54,870 nucleotides of DNA from Candidatus Uhrbacteria bacterium (GTDB lineage Bacteria > Patescibacteriota > Patescibacteriia > UBA9934 > GWF2-40-263), in assembly GCA_016188495.1 (NCBI GenBank), contig JACPHU010000023.1, positions 1-54,870 of the forward strand, in the 5' to 3' direction. Below the pieces are notes generated by a model. The model saw nothing but the letters and a program-made list of their open reading frames with translations. It did not search any database and was not told the DNA's origin. Positions within the stretch are counted from its first letter, which is position 1. Each line of letters begins with the position of its first letter. The position numbers and the translations under genes are program-made. Positions 1-8,568 of this stretch are shown here, piece after piece.

Positions 1-177
1 ATCCATGTTCGTCTTCGTGGAAAATACCTTGCTTATAAAATTCTCCCTGAACGACCAATAAAGACAAAAACAACGACTTGGGTTCTTGCGAACAAACAGG
101 TTACCAAACCAGCGATCGACCATCCTTGGAGAAAACAAATCACCAAAGACTGTACCCTCTCACAACTCACTCACTAG
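1..177 (+). CDS. 3' fragment of an IS transposase (rve/DDE integrase-type, ISNCY/IS481-like); the 5' part lies outside the window
   Basis: Frame 1 is open from the window edge to TAG 175-177 (...IHVRLRGKYLAYKILPERPIKTK...AIDHPWRKQITKDCTLSQLTH*). The tail resembles C-termini of integrase-core IS transposases and is followed by short direct repeats. Confidence 0.4.
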   Translation: MHVRLRGKYLAYKILPERPIKTKTTTWVLANKQVTKPAIDHPWRKQITKDCTLSQLTH

Positions 178-212
178 GACATTTCTAAATCCCTGGAAGT
201 AGGACATTTCTA
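175..212 (+). repeat. 13-nt direct repeat TAGGACATTTCTA (175-187 and 200-212), possibly sub-terminal repeats of the left IS end
   Basis: Exact duplication read directly, immediately after the transposase stop. Confidence 0.6.
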
Positions 213-324
213 TTTCCCGTTGACATTTTACACTAATTCTATTGACAAAATGCTGGTTTTATAGTATCTTTCGCCGTTACAAAAACTCTTTTTTAAGGCG
301 TTTTTTAAGCATGATTTTGTCATC

Positions 325-1233
325 ATGGTTAAAAAAGGCTTTATAAAGCCTGAAACGAAACCTAAACAAAAGAGGAAACGCATGGAGCTCCGAGTACCCA
401 GAGAAGGCCATATCTATCGTGACAGTGATGGCAGCGTGGTAGTCACGGTGCAAGGTGACAAAAGGCACAAAATCGAACAACTCAGGAATTTGCAATGCCT
501 GACTCCTGACTACGAACCAAGGTTACAAATATGGGAGAGAAGATTTTTTACACGAAGACTCTATCTCCCTGGAGAATACGAGGCTGCGCGTGCGCACCTG
601 TATCCATCGCCTGAGACGTTAGTCCTGGCCGCGAACGGATATACGGACTTCGTCCAGGCACCCGGAACGCCCAGCCAACAAGAGTATGTCGACTGGAGCC
701 AGGAGATGATCGAAGGGTTAATCCTGACCTTGCGTCAAAAAGTCCCAAACATGGGTATATCCCTGGTGCAGGGCAGTATCTTGCAGGGAATCGACCAAGC
801 CATTATCCAAGCGGGACTGAGACTAGAAGTTCCGATGCTGGGATTCAGTTGTCCCTCTTGGATGTTCGGGTTCGACGACGACGAAGAGGCGTTCCCAATC
901 TTTGTCGGAAAGGATCCCCAAGAGTATTCCAGATTTTTCGCACACGATCCGGACGTACTGTTGACCTTCAACGGATCAGATCAGTGCTTCCGCGAGGCTG
1001 TGCGGATGCTTGAACGCGGGAAGCTCGTGTTCCCGGTAGACATCCTTGACCTGATAAGTCGCGGGAATGGACCCGCGAGTTTCAATCCTGACGGAGGCAT
1101 GACCAATGCCTCAAGAGTTCTCAATAGACTTGTCCGGTTGGAAGACAGGCCTTTCTCGACGAACTGTCAAAACCGGCAAGACCGGCTCAAAAAATGGATA
1201 GACAGGGTCGCCACATCGATCCTAACTCGTTGA
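325..1233 (+). CDS. SLOG/LOG-like (YpsA / MoCo-carrier-like Rossmann) putative nucleotide-ligand-binding protein
   Basis: 302-aa ORF. The central pattern LVQGSILQGIDQAIIQAGLRLEVPMLGFSCPSW then DVLLTFNGSDQCFREAVRMLERGKLVFPV resembles SLOG/LOG superfamily G-x-GxD and GG-x-T-x-E strands. An alternative start at ATG 382 has a GAGGA RBS 5 nt upstream. Confidence 0.35.
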   Translation: MVKKGFIKPETKPKQKRKRMELRVPREGHIYRDSDGSVVVTVQGDKRHKIEQLRNLQCLTPDYEPRLQIWERRFFTRRLYLPGEYEAARAHLYPSPETLVLAANGYTDFVQAPGTPSQQEYVDWSQEMIEGLILTLRQKVPNMGISLVQGSILQGIDQAIIQAGLRLEVPMLGFSCPSWMFGFDDDEEAFPIFVGKDPQEYSRFFAHDPDVLLTFNGSDQCFREAVRMLERGKLVFPVDILDLISRGNGPASFNPDGGMTNASRVLNRLVRLEDRPFSTNCQNRQDRLKKWIDRVATSILTR

Positions 1234-1246
1234 CAACGACTTTTAC

Positions 1247-1290
1247 TTCCGGTCCAGCTTCTTCAAAAAGCGCTGGACCGGAACATTTTC
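1247..1290 (+). terminator. intrinsic terminator after the SLOG-like gene
   Basis: 12-bp perfect stem TTCCGGTCCAGC (1247-1258) / GCTGGACCGGAA (1272-1283) followed by CATTTTC. Confidence 0.6.
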
Positions 1291-1395
1291 AACTCCAGAG
1301 ACATACACCTCATAATTTTGAGGTCTATATCTCTCCTCACGAACAAATGCTCGCGAGGAATCGTTCTCTAAGTACCTACAAAAAAGGAGAAAATC

Positions 1396-2817
1396 GTGCT
1401 GAAATCTCGTGTATTATATCTGGTTGGCGGAAGCCTCAATCCATCTGGAAAACACCACAAAGAAATGGTGCAGATAATTCAACCCATCTGCACAGGAGAC
1501 GATCTGATCGTTGTCGTGCCCTGTGGTATGAGACCTGATAAAGACACGACCAATGACATTAGTCCTATTCATCGGGCAGCAATGTGCACCATGACATTTG
1601 CCGGAATGGATAGGGTGATCATCGACCTCTCTGACCTGGAGAATACTGAATTCACCCGGACATGGGATTTGGAAGAGCGCTACCAACGTCTCTATCCGAA
1701 CGCAAAAATTGTTCACGTCATCGGAGCCGACCTTATCAAAGGTGGGCGGGCCGGAAATTCAGAAATTCATACATGGTATAAGGGCCCTGATCTCTTGAAC
1801 AAATCTAATTTCCTCGTCTTTCCACGAGGAGAAGAGTTGGACAAGAACGATCTCCCTTACAACCACCGGATAATTGAAACCCAGATCCATGGATCGAGTA
1901 CAGAAATTCGCAAGCTTCGAATGGAACGCGAATCGATAGAGGACCTCGTCACTCCAGCTGTAGCTGAATATATAAACCGCTGGCATTTGTATACCGGACG
2001 GCCCTCTTCGTTTGAAGCGACCCAATTCTGTCCCAAAGGTCGCGCCGACGTCATCATTGATAGAAAGCAGCCTCAAGCCTTGGAAATCCTGAAGATCGTC
2101 GAGAGAGTATACTCATCCCGAACAGGTCCGATAGATCATCTCATCGTGATCGGCGGAGACGGTTTTATGCTGGACGCGATCAACAAATTCCATCACCGCT
2201 GTCTCCCCTTTTTGGGATTAAATGCCGGAACGGTTGGGCATCTACTCAATAACGGTGGAAATGAGACAATCGAACGCTGTCTTCAAGCTTCATCATTCCA
2301 CTTACATCAATCCCCGTTGCTCTACGCCCAGGCAACAGGAGAAGATGGGAAAACCCATTCCGTATATGCGTTCAATGATCTCTTCCTGCGTACAGACACG
2401 CAATCAGCTGGATGGATGCAGGTTTCTGTGAACAAAAAGGTTCGCTTTGAACGCATGATGGGAGATGGGCTCATGCTCTCCACTCCTGCCGGTTCCACTG
2501 GCTGGGCGTACAAAAAAGGAGCCACACCTGTCATGATCGGCACGCCGCAAATCGTTCTGACTGGCGACGGTGTCAGCGATGATCGAGGAATCCGTTGGGT
2601 CAGTGCACCTCTTTCCAATACAGCCATTGTGGAAGTGGATGTGTTGGAATCATGGCGTCCCATGATTCTTGTTGTGGATGGTCACGAAGACGAATCCATT
2701 GGACGAGTCAAAAACGTGATCATGAGACAATGCCATGCCCATGCGGTAGAGCTCACCTTCTTTCCGGAAACGAACCTTGCAGAAAAAATCACCCGCCTTC
2801 AATTCGGAGGCATCTAA
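1396..2817 (+). CDS. bifunctional nicotinate/nicotinamide mononucleotide adenylyltransferase - NAD+ kinase fusion
   Basis: GTG start with AAGGAG RBS. The N-terminal half has GGSLNPSGKHH (nucleotidyltransferase HxGH-type motif) and SSTEIRKL (ISSTxxR motif). The C-terminal half has LIVIGGDGFML (NAD kinase GGDG) and GDGLMLSTPAGSTGWAYKKGATPV. Confidence 0.75.
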   Translation: MLKSRVLYLVGGSLNPSGKHHKEMVQIIQPICTGDDLIVVVPCGMRPDKDTTNDISPIHRAAMCTMTFAGMDRVIIDLSDLENTEFTRTWDLEERYQRLYPNAKIVHVIGADLIKGGRAGNSEIHTWYKGPDLLNKSNFLVFPRGEELDKNDLPYNHRIIETQIHGSSTEIRKLRMERESIEDLVTPAVAEYINRWHLYTGRPSSFEATQFCPKGRADVIIDRKQPQALEILKIVERVYSSRTGPIDHLIVIGGDGFMLDAINKFHHRCLPFLGLNAGTVGHLLNNGGNETIERCLQASSFHLHQSPLLYAQATGEDGKTHSVYAFNDLFLRTDTQSAGWMQVSVNKKVRFERMMGDGLMLSTPAGSTGWAYKKGATPVMIGTPQIVLTGDGVSDDRGIRWVSAPLSNTAIVEVDVLESWRPMILVVDGHEDESIGRVKNVIMRQCHAHAVELTFFPETNLAEKITRLQFGGI

Positions 2818-2827
2818 CACCTCTTCC

Positions 2828-2868
2828 CTGCGGACCAGTGACCTCACTGATCCGCAGCGGAATTTTTA
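2828..2868 (+). terminator. terminator-like hairpin after the NMNAT-NADK gene
   Basis: CTGCGGA-C-CAGTG (2828-2840) pairs with CACTG-A-TCCGCAG (2845-2857), loop ACCT. The T-run 2863-2867 is slightly displaced. Confidence 0.45.
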
Positions 2869-2970
2869 CAAAGACCTGTGCTCAACCCATTGAGCCTAGA
2901 TCTTTCCTCGTAAGGAAAAGGACTTATGAGGACGTGATCTTTCCAATCGAAGTAGAAAGAAGGAAAAAAC

Positions 2971-4077
2971 ATGAACCAAAAACATCGACGGTTTCAAGGG
3001 TCTCTCATGGGTGTCCGAATCGGAGATACTCTGGGTATGCCCTGGGAATCCATGAGCCACGAGAGCATTCTCGAGGCGACTGGACCTCTTGGCATCACCA
3101 CCTTTTGGAATCCGCAACAGAGGAACGATGCTCCGCCATGGACGCAGGGACTTAAGAGTCTGAATCCTGGCGATTACACCGACGACTGGCAAATGACCAG
3201 GGCGGGGGTAAAAAGCTACATCCATTGCAGTGGTTTTGATCTCCACCATTTAGCACTCAGCTATTTGGAAGAGATGGAACTCTCCAGACTAGGATGGGGT
3301 GGAACCACCCTGGCGGGAATGGAACGGGTGAAGAACTGGATGAGTGAAGGCCACTCAAATCTTCCCGTCAGCCTGCTGTCACACCAACTCGACACGGGCT
3401 CAGGCAATGGCGTGGTGATGCGCATCGCTCCCATGGCGTTGATGAACTACCGTTTGTACCTGGAAAAAAGACATCGCTTTTCAGGCATTCCTACCCCATT
3501 GCAACATGTCATTTGGGAAGTAGGAGGCCTGACGCATCCAGACCCTCGAGCCACCATCGGCGCCTTTGCCGTGGCAAGCTTGATCGCAAAAATCGTCTCT
3601 TTCGACAACGTAGTAACCGACCAAAAAACGCTTCTGTGTTTGCTGGATGGAACCCTGCAAGAAGTTCTCTTTATGGAAGAGAACAAGTGCCGTACGTTTT
3701 TTTCGCAAATACAAGCAGAGAGGTTTTCATCACGCCTGGCACAGATCAGCCAAGCGATCATTTCTGGAATATCGGCAGACGAAGTCCGTACTCAATTTGG
3801 AACATCCAGTGTTACTCTTGAGTCTGCAGCGTTTTCGATCGCCACGTTCTTGCGGCATCCGACGGATTTCAAAGCCGCACTCAAGGAGGCGGTAGAAGCC
3901 GGAGGCGATACCGATACAAACGCGGCAATCGTGGGAAGTCTGGTAGGGGCCAATGTGGGCCTGCACGGAATTCCCAAAGAATGGGCGGCCTTCCGCGAAG
4001 ATTTTGCGGAAGCGGAACGTCTAGGGGTAAGCCTCTGGACGACCTGCCAAAGAATTCATCAACCCCACAGGAGATAA
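2971..4077 (+). CDS. ADP-ribosylglycohydrolase (ARH/DraG family)
   Basis: N-terminal GVRIGDTLGMPWE and C-terminal GGDTDTNAAIVGSLVGANVGLHGIPKEW are the family's characteristic metal-binding motifs. 368 aa. Confidence 0.8.
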   Translation: MNQKHRRFQGSLMGVRIGDTLGMPWESMSHESILEATGPLGITTFWNPQQRNDAPPWTQGLKSLNPGDYTDDWQMTRAGVKSYIHCSGFDLHHLALSYLEEMELSRLGWGGTTLAGMERVKNWMSEGHSNLPVSLLSHQLDTGSGNGVVMRIAPMALMNYRLYLEKRHRFSGIPTPLQHVIWEVGGLTHPDPRATIGAFAVASLIAKIVSFDNVVTDQKTLLCLLDGTLQEVLFMEENKCRTFFSQIQAERFSSRLAQISQAIISGISADEVRTQFGTSSVTLESAAFSIATFLRHPTDFKAALKEAVEAGGDTDTNAAIVGSLVGANVGLHGIPKEWAAFREDFAEAERLGVSLWTTCQRIHQPHRR

Positions 4078-5376
4078 GTGATGGACAAAAAAAAGAATCG
4101 TCATGTTCTGGAACCGATTGTCCGCAATCTGGCGGACATCGACTTCTACAAGCTGACGATGCTTCAATTTATCTGGTGGTTTTTCTCGAAAGAAGTCGTA
4201 ACGTTCCGTTTCAAAAACAGAACGGACGTTCAGCTTCTGGATTATATCGATCTGGATGAGCTCAAACGCCAGCTCGACCGTGTCACCAAAATGCGGTTTC
4301 CCAAATGGGCGACGGCGGAGCTGAAACGAAGATATAGCCACCTGTTCAGCGACAATTTTCTTAGCTGGTTAGGCGAGCTACGTCTTCCTCAGGCGAGCGT
4401 AGAAATCGTCGACGGAAATCTCCTATTGGAGGTCACGGGCCCATGGCCGGAAGTCATGCTCTGGGAAACGATTGCGATGTGCATCGTCAACCGAATGTAT
4501 AAACTGGCAAAAATGTCAGAGTTGAAACTCGAAGAAAAAGTTGTTCTTGTCGAGGGTCTTCATCGAGCAGAGGTAAAGTTTGAAAGACTTTCGAAATATC
4601 CAGATCTGGTTTTTGTAGATTTCAGCACCAGACGGCGACATAGTTATGAACATCAGGAAGCCGTCCTGCGCACTGCCATGCGGATGATCCCGAATCAACT
4701 TAAAGGCACGTCCAATGTACTACTGGGCCTACGGCTGAAACTGCCGCTTGTGGGCACCATGGCGCACGAGCTGCCCATGGCCTTCCAGGTTCTCTTCTGG
4801 GATGAGGACGAGAAGTCTGAACGACTCGTCTCACAGGCAAAACTCTGGAAAATGTGGGAGGAATTCTACGGCGGTGCCTTGACGATCGCCCTTCCGGATA
4901 CCTATGGCAACGATTTCGGACTTGAGGACTTCAAGCCGTTCGCTGCCAAGTGGGCTGGTCTGCGTCACGACTCAGGCGACCCGTTCGAGTTCGGCGAGAA
5001 GGTCATCGCGTTTTATAACTCGCTGGAGATCGACCCAAAAGAGAAGACGGTCGTCTTCTCCGACGGCCTCACCGATGAAACAATGATCCAATTGTGGATA
5101 CGATTCCACGACCGCATCAATCTCAGCTTCGGCTGGGGAACCCATATGGGCAATGACATGGGGTTTGATGTCTGGCCCGATGGTGACCGAGGTCTCAAAG
5201 CCTTGTCGATCGTGATGAAGTTGGTGGCTGTTTTGAAAGATGGCCGTATGGTCGGCACAGTCAAACTCTCCGACAACCCGAGCAAAGCCTCGGGTCCGCA
5301 AGAGATGATCGAGCGGATCATGCGCAAAACCGACTACGACTTCGCCGCGCACGAAACCGTGGCATGCGAAGTCTGA
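4078..5376 (+). CDS. pncB: nicotinate phosphoribosyltransferase
   Basis: DFYKLTMLQ near the N-terminus, then GTMAHE and RHDSGDP. The GTG start directly abuts the TAA of the upstream gene (4075-4080 TAAGTG), which suggests translational coupling. Confidence 0.85.
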   Translation: MMDKKKNRHVLEPIVRNLADIDFYKLTMLQFIWWFFSKEVVTFRFKNRTDVQLLDYIDLDELKRQLDRVTKMRFPKWATAELKRRYSHLFSDNFLSWLGELRLPQASVEIVDGNLLLEVTGPWPEVMLWETIAMCIVNRMYKLAKMSELKLEEKVVLVEGLHRAEVKFERLSKYPDLVFVDFSTRRRHSYEHQEAVLRTAMRMIPNQLKGTSNVLLGLRLKLPLVGTMAHELPMAFQVLFWDEDEKSERLVSQAKLWKMWEEFYGGALTIALPDTYGNDFGLEDFKPFAAKWAGLRHDSGDPFEFGEKVIAFYNSLEIDPKEKTVVFSDGLTDETMIQLWIRFHDRINLSFGWGTHMGNDMGFDVWPDGDRGLKALSIVMKLVAVLKDGRMVGTVKLSDNPSKASGPQEMIERIMRKTDYDFAAHETVACEV

Positions 5377-5390
5377 CCCTACAACTCTCT

Positions 5391-5485
5391 CCATGAACCC
5401 CTCGGTTCATGGCTTTTCTCCACCACACCGAGGTTTCTCTCGGATGGTGAAGGTGAAGAATGTTCGTTACAAAGGAATATCCATG
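5391..5485 (+). repeat. structured intergenic cassette, copy A (terminator-like hairpin + CTTTTCTCCACC + second hairpin + GGTGAAGAAT + RBS + ATG)
   Basis: hp1 is CCATGAACC (5391-5399) / GGTTCATGG (5404-5412). The inner stem is CCGAG (5428-5432) / CTCGG (5439-5443). GGTGAAGAAT lies at 5452-5461 and the AAAGGA RBS precedes ATG 5483. Confidence 0.7.
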
Positions 5486-6538
5486 AAAAAATATCCGAGA
5501 CATATCGTCGTATTCATCGATATTCCGGATCCTGATAATTTCGTCCTATTGATTGTTCTGGGAATGCTATTTCCCCTTGCAAAAATGCATGTAGTGATTA
5601 CGGGTCGCCCCGTTCACCCAAACCCGTCCAAGAAAATCAAAACGTGGGAATGGGATGCGAATTTTTCTGAAGATGTCCTGAAGGTCAACGCAGGTCGGAC
5701 AAGAAACCTGCTTAAAATCTTTAAGATGAGCGCGAAGCTCTACCATGGAGGGATTGCGCCCAGAACTCCCGTGCCGCATTGGATGCACTTCCATGAGTAT
5801 TACAGGCTGGCTGATATTGATCCTGTTGTGGCTCTGCACAACGGACAAATGGAAAGTCTGAGCAAGCTGGCAAAAGAGCTTCTGAAGCTAGACGACCAGT
5901 CTGTTGCCGTTGTCGTGGGTGGACCCATGACAGGCCTGGCACAGTTGGTCAATCTGAATCCGGATGTGGCGAAAAAATTCTCCGAAGTCCACGCGATGTT
6001 CGCCTCCTGGGGAACCACAGAGCTTGCGAGTTTTGACGGGACATCCCGCGGAAAGAAGCAATTCAACGTGGACTGTGATCCGCAAGCGGCCTTCCAGGTT
6101 CTGACGGGACTCACCTGCCCCATCTACCTATTGCCCACCGAGGTCACGCGCGTAAGCGAAATCGGATTCCAAAATCCGAAAGCTCTGTGCGAGATCATGG
6201 GGAACTCACGCACAGAAAAAGCGAGGCTTATCCTACGGCTGTACGAGCTGTGGCATACAGTCACCGTGGAGAAAAAACAAAAAACGAATCCGTCTGAAAT
6301 GCTGTTTATCCACGACATGTCCGCAGGGCTGAGTCTGTGTCCTGAACTTCGGGAAGCCATCTATCAGTTCACCCCTATCGAGATTGATTCCGTCCCGCAT
6401 CTGGCACACGAAGCCGAGCATTGGGGGGAAGTACTCATGCGTCCGACGAATCGGCAAACCAACCGTTTTTCCGCAACAGGACTCCAACCAAACGGCACGG
6501 AACACTATTTGAACGTTCTGCACAATCTGTTCGCTTGA
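5483..6538 (+). CDS. inosine-uridine-preferring nucleoside hydrolase (IUNH) family protein, divergent
   Basis: VVFIDIPDPDNFVLL (degenerate DxDxxxDD), GGPMTGLAQLV, QFNVDCDPQAAFQVL and IHDMSAG match the IUNH block order. I chose the start at ATG 5483 (AAGGA RBS). The longer ORF from 5393 would begin inside the terminator hairpin. Confidence 0.65.
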   Translation: MKKYPRHIVVFIDIPDPDNFVLLIVLGMLFPLAKMHVVITGRPVHPNPSKKIKTWEWDANFSEDVLKVNAGRTRNLLKIFKMSAKLYHGGIAPRTPVPHWMHFHEYYRLADIDPVVALHNGQMESLSKLAKELLKLDDQSVAVVVGGPMTGLAQLVNLNPDVAKKFSEVHAMFASWGTTELASFDGTSRGKKQFNVDCDPQAAFQVLTGLTCPIYLLPTEVTRVSEIGFQNPKALCEIMGNSRTEKARLILRLYELWHTVTVEKKQKTNPSEMLFIHDMSAGLSLCPELREAIYQFTPIEIDSVPHLAHEAEHWGEVLMRPTNRQTNRFSATGLQPNGTEHYLNVLHNLFA

Positions 6539-6551
6539 ACAAAAATCCTAT

Positions 6552-6646
6552 CCACGAACCATCGCGGTTCGTGACTTTTCTCCACCGATCCGAGATCAAC
6601 TCGGACGATGGAGGTGAAGAATCGTTCGCAAAAGGAGACATCCATG
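6552..6646 (+). repeat. structured intergenic cassette, copy B
   Basis: hp1 is CCACGAACC (6552-6560) / GGTTCGTG (6566-6573), then CTTTTCTCCACC, CCGAG..CTCGG, GGTGAAGAAT (6612-6621) and AAAGGAG RBS with ATG 6644. It aligns along its length with copy A. Confidence 0.7.
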
Positions 6647-7378
6647 TCGCTATGCCAAAAAATCAACGAATGGTGCAAACGTTTTGTAAGAAGCGTACGG
6701 AACTACACCGGTCTCTCTACCCAAAAGTCCGATGCTCGTTTTACGAAAGCAGATACCCTTTTGAAGGGTTTCCTCCAGGTGGAAGAATGGGACGGAGGCC
6801 TCTCTTTTCCGCTGGTGGTCGTCCGTGCCAGCGACTCGATCGTGGGACTGCTCTATGACGCGACCAACGATCGCATTCTGCTCGTCCGCCAGTACCGTGC
6901 GCCCATGGTTCGGGAAGACAATCCAGAGGGCGCCATCACAGAGCTCGTGGCCGGGCGTTTCGACGTGAATCTCGGACCCAAGGCGCTTCTCGTGAAGGAA
7001 GCTAAGGAGGAAGCCGGAGTCAAGATCACGGAAGACGAGGTCGAACTCATCAACCTGGGCGTACCCATGTCGCTCTCTGCCGGTGTTCTGACCGAACGCT
7101 GCTACGGCGGTTTCGCTGTCATTCATCCCGATCGTATCGCCGAGGGTGACGAGAACTACGGTGTGGATGAAGGTGAGAATATCTGTCGGGTCTGGATGAG
7201 CACCGAGAAGTTCATCTCCCCCAACACCATCCACGATTGCTGGCGCGTCTACGCCATGGCCCAGTTGCTGGCCCGTCGTCGTCTGGAAGCCAAGCTTGTT
7301 CAGTTGGAAGAGGAACTCAACAATCATCGAATCGATCGGATCGTACGAGCATCTGCTCCCCATGGACATGGATGCTAA
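6644..7378 (+). CDS. Nudix hydrolase, ADP-ribose pyrophosphatase-like
   Basis: Nudix box GRFDVNLGPKALLVKEAKEEAGV. Start at ATG 6644 with AAAGGAG 6 nt upstream. Confidence 0.7.
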   Translation: MSLCQKINEWCKRFVRSVRNYTGLSTQKSDARFTKADTLLKGFLQVEEWDGGLSFPLVVVRASDSIVGLLYDATNDRILLVRQYRAPMVREDNPEGAITELVAGRFDVNLGPKALLVKEAKEEAGVKITEDEVELINLGVPMSLSAGVLTERCYGGFAVIHPDRIAEGDENYGVDEGENICRVWMSTEKFISPNTIHDCWRVYAMAQLLARRRLEAKLVQLEEELNNHRIDRIVRASAPHGHGC

Positions 7379-7386
7379 TCTCTCTC

Positions 7387-7487
7387 CCCGTCCCCGAGTC
7401 TGACTCGGCACGACGGGACTTTTCATCGATCACCCACAGGTATGTGTGATCGATGCTGAAGACCACAAACAGAAGGATACCCTCGTG
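7387..7487 (+). repeat. structured intergenic cassette, copy C (diverged)
   Basis: The outer stem CCCGTC (7387-7392) / GACGGG (7412-7417) encloses CCGAGT..ACTCGG, followed by ACTTTTC. hp2 is CATCGATCAC (7424-7433) / GTGATCGATG (7446-7455). Then come CTGAAGACC, AAGGA RBS and GTG 7485. Confidence 0.55.
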
Positions 7488-8543
7488 AACATCCAACGCT
7501 CCTTTCAATCGTTGAAAATCGTTTCTTTAACCGTTGCTCTGCATGCGGTGAGAGGATTGCTTCGTTTGAGCGAAACGGAAGGTCAGACGACAGAAGCCAC
7601 AAAGCGTCCTATCGCCCACGGTTCCGGCCAAATGCGGGCTCAGTCGATCTCAATCCAACTCTCAGATCGTACGCGTTGCACGGCGGGATGTCGGTTTTGC
7701 ATCAGCCGAACCACGCCTGGAACCGCGAATGCGGAAGTTCGCAATCTCAAAATCTGCGACATGGACCGACTGCGCGTTGGCTTCAACTATGCCAAGCAGC
7801 TGGGTGCCACCCACGCTGTTTTGACAGGTCGAGCCGATCCCACGCAGGAGGATGAAATCTATCTGCTGAAGGTGGTGCAAACGGCCAGAGAGTATCTGCC
7901 ACTGGTGGACATGCACACCAACGGATTCCTACTCTTGGACGGCAAGTCCAAGGACTACATGCTCGAGCGACTTAGAAATGCAGGGCTCACCATGATCACC
8001 CTGTCGATCGCTCATCATGAGAATGAGAAGAATCGCGAGCTCATGATCCAGAAGCAGAGTGCCGCCTCCCTGATCAAGAGAGCGCGCGATCTGGGACTGT
8101 TGGTCCGAGTGTCGGTCGTCATCAATCGCCAGGGAATCGTGGACGTTGATGGTCTCATGGAATACATCCGAGAGCTCGGAAATCTCGGCGCCCAGATGGT
8201 CGTCGTACGCGAAGTCTGGCGACCGGAGGTCTACGGCGAGTGGAATACCGAGGTCTACCAGTGGAATCACGATAACTGGATCGACATCGGTCCCCTCCAG
8301 GAAGAGTTCCACCGGATCGCTTCCCAGAAAAACAACACGCATGGCTTGCGCGAAGGTAATCCACTCCCCTGGGGTACACCTGTATTCCTGGTAGGCGGCA
8401 TCTTCGAAGATCCCACACACGGCGTGAACGTGACCTTCGCTCGATGCGAAGAAGCCGTCGGGACGGTCATGAAGTCCATCGTTCACAAGCCAGATGGTCA
8501 CGGCTATCGCAATTGGGATCATAACGGAGATGTTCTCTACTGA
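7485..8543 (+). CDS. radical SAM enzyme of unassigned function (MoaA/viperin-like core plus a Trp-rich C-terminal extension)
   Basis: CTAGCRFC gives the CX3CX2C cluster motif, followed by HAVLTGRADPTQ, VDMHTNGFLL and ITLSIAHHE core strands. I chose GTG 7485 as the start by analogy with the RBS spacing in cassette copies A and B. The ORF is open from 7446 and an internal Met lies further downstream. Confidence 0.6.
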   Translation: MNIQRSFQSLKIVSLTVALHAVRGLLRLSETEGQTTEATKRPIAHGSGQMRAQSISIQLSDRTRCTAGCRFCISRTTPGTANAEVRNLKICDMDRLRVGFNYAKQLGATHAVLTGRADPTQEDEIYLLKVVQTAREYLPLVDMHTNGFLLLDGKSKDYMLERLRNAGLTMITLSIAHHENEKNRELMIQKQSAASLIKRARDLGLLVRVSVVINRQGIVDVDGLMEYIRELGNLGAQMVVVREVWRPEVYGEWNTEVYQWNHDNWIDIGPLQEEFHRIASQKNNTHGLREGNPLPWGTPVFLVGGIFEDPTHGVNVTFARCEEAVGTVMKSIVHKPDGHGYRNWDHNGDVLY

Positions 8544-8568
8544 TCTGATCCAGAGTCCAACAACCACT

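Noticed and set aside
220-267. Two TTGACA hexamers (220-225 and 242-247) and TATAGT (260-265) upstream of the island.
   Set aside because: The spacing between the -35 and -10 candidates is 12-14 nt or more than 30 nt, which does not fit a sigma-70 promoter. They may belong to the IS end instead.
5393-5482. N-terminal extensions of ORFs in the track: 5393 for the IUNH gene, 6608 for Nudix, 7446 for radical SAM, 50814 for the GNAT-like gene and 16656-16697 for GNAT.
   Set aside because: The extended starts fall inside terminator or cassette hairpins and lack an RBS. Downstream in-frame starts have AAGGA/GGAGG sites at 5-8 nt.
6650-7426. 258-aa ORF antisense to the Nudix gene. Similar long antisense ORFs occur at 7929-8615, 10538-11875 (445 aa), 44550-45338 and 39281-39928.
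   Set aside because: Each lies opposite a gene with clear family motifs (Nudix box, radical SAM, NadE PP-loop, vWA MIDAS, IF-2 GTPase). Their sequences are low-complexity and Arg/Gly/Ser-rich, as expected for stop-poor antisense frames in GC-rich DNA.
7485-8543. Radical SAM enzyme as a prokaryotic viperin (antiviral ddhNTP synthase).
   Set aside because: Only the generic CX3CX2C core is shared. I could not see viperin-specific C-terminal motifs or an adjacent nucleotide kinase. It cannot be decided without a profile search.
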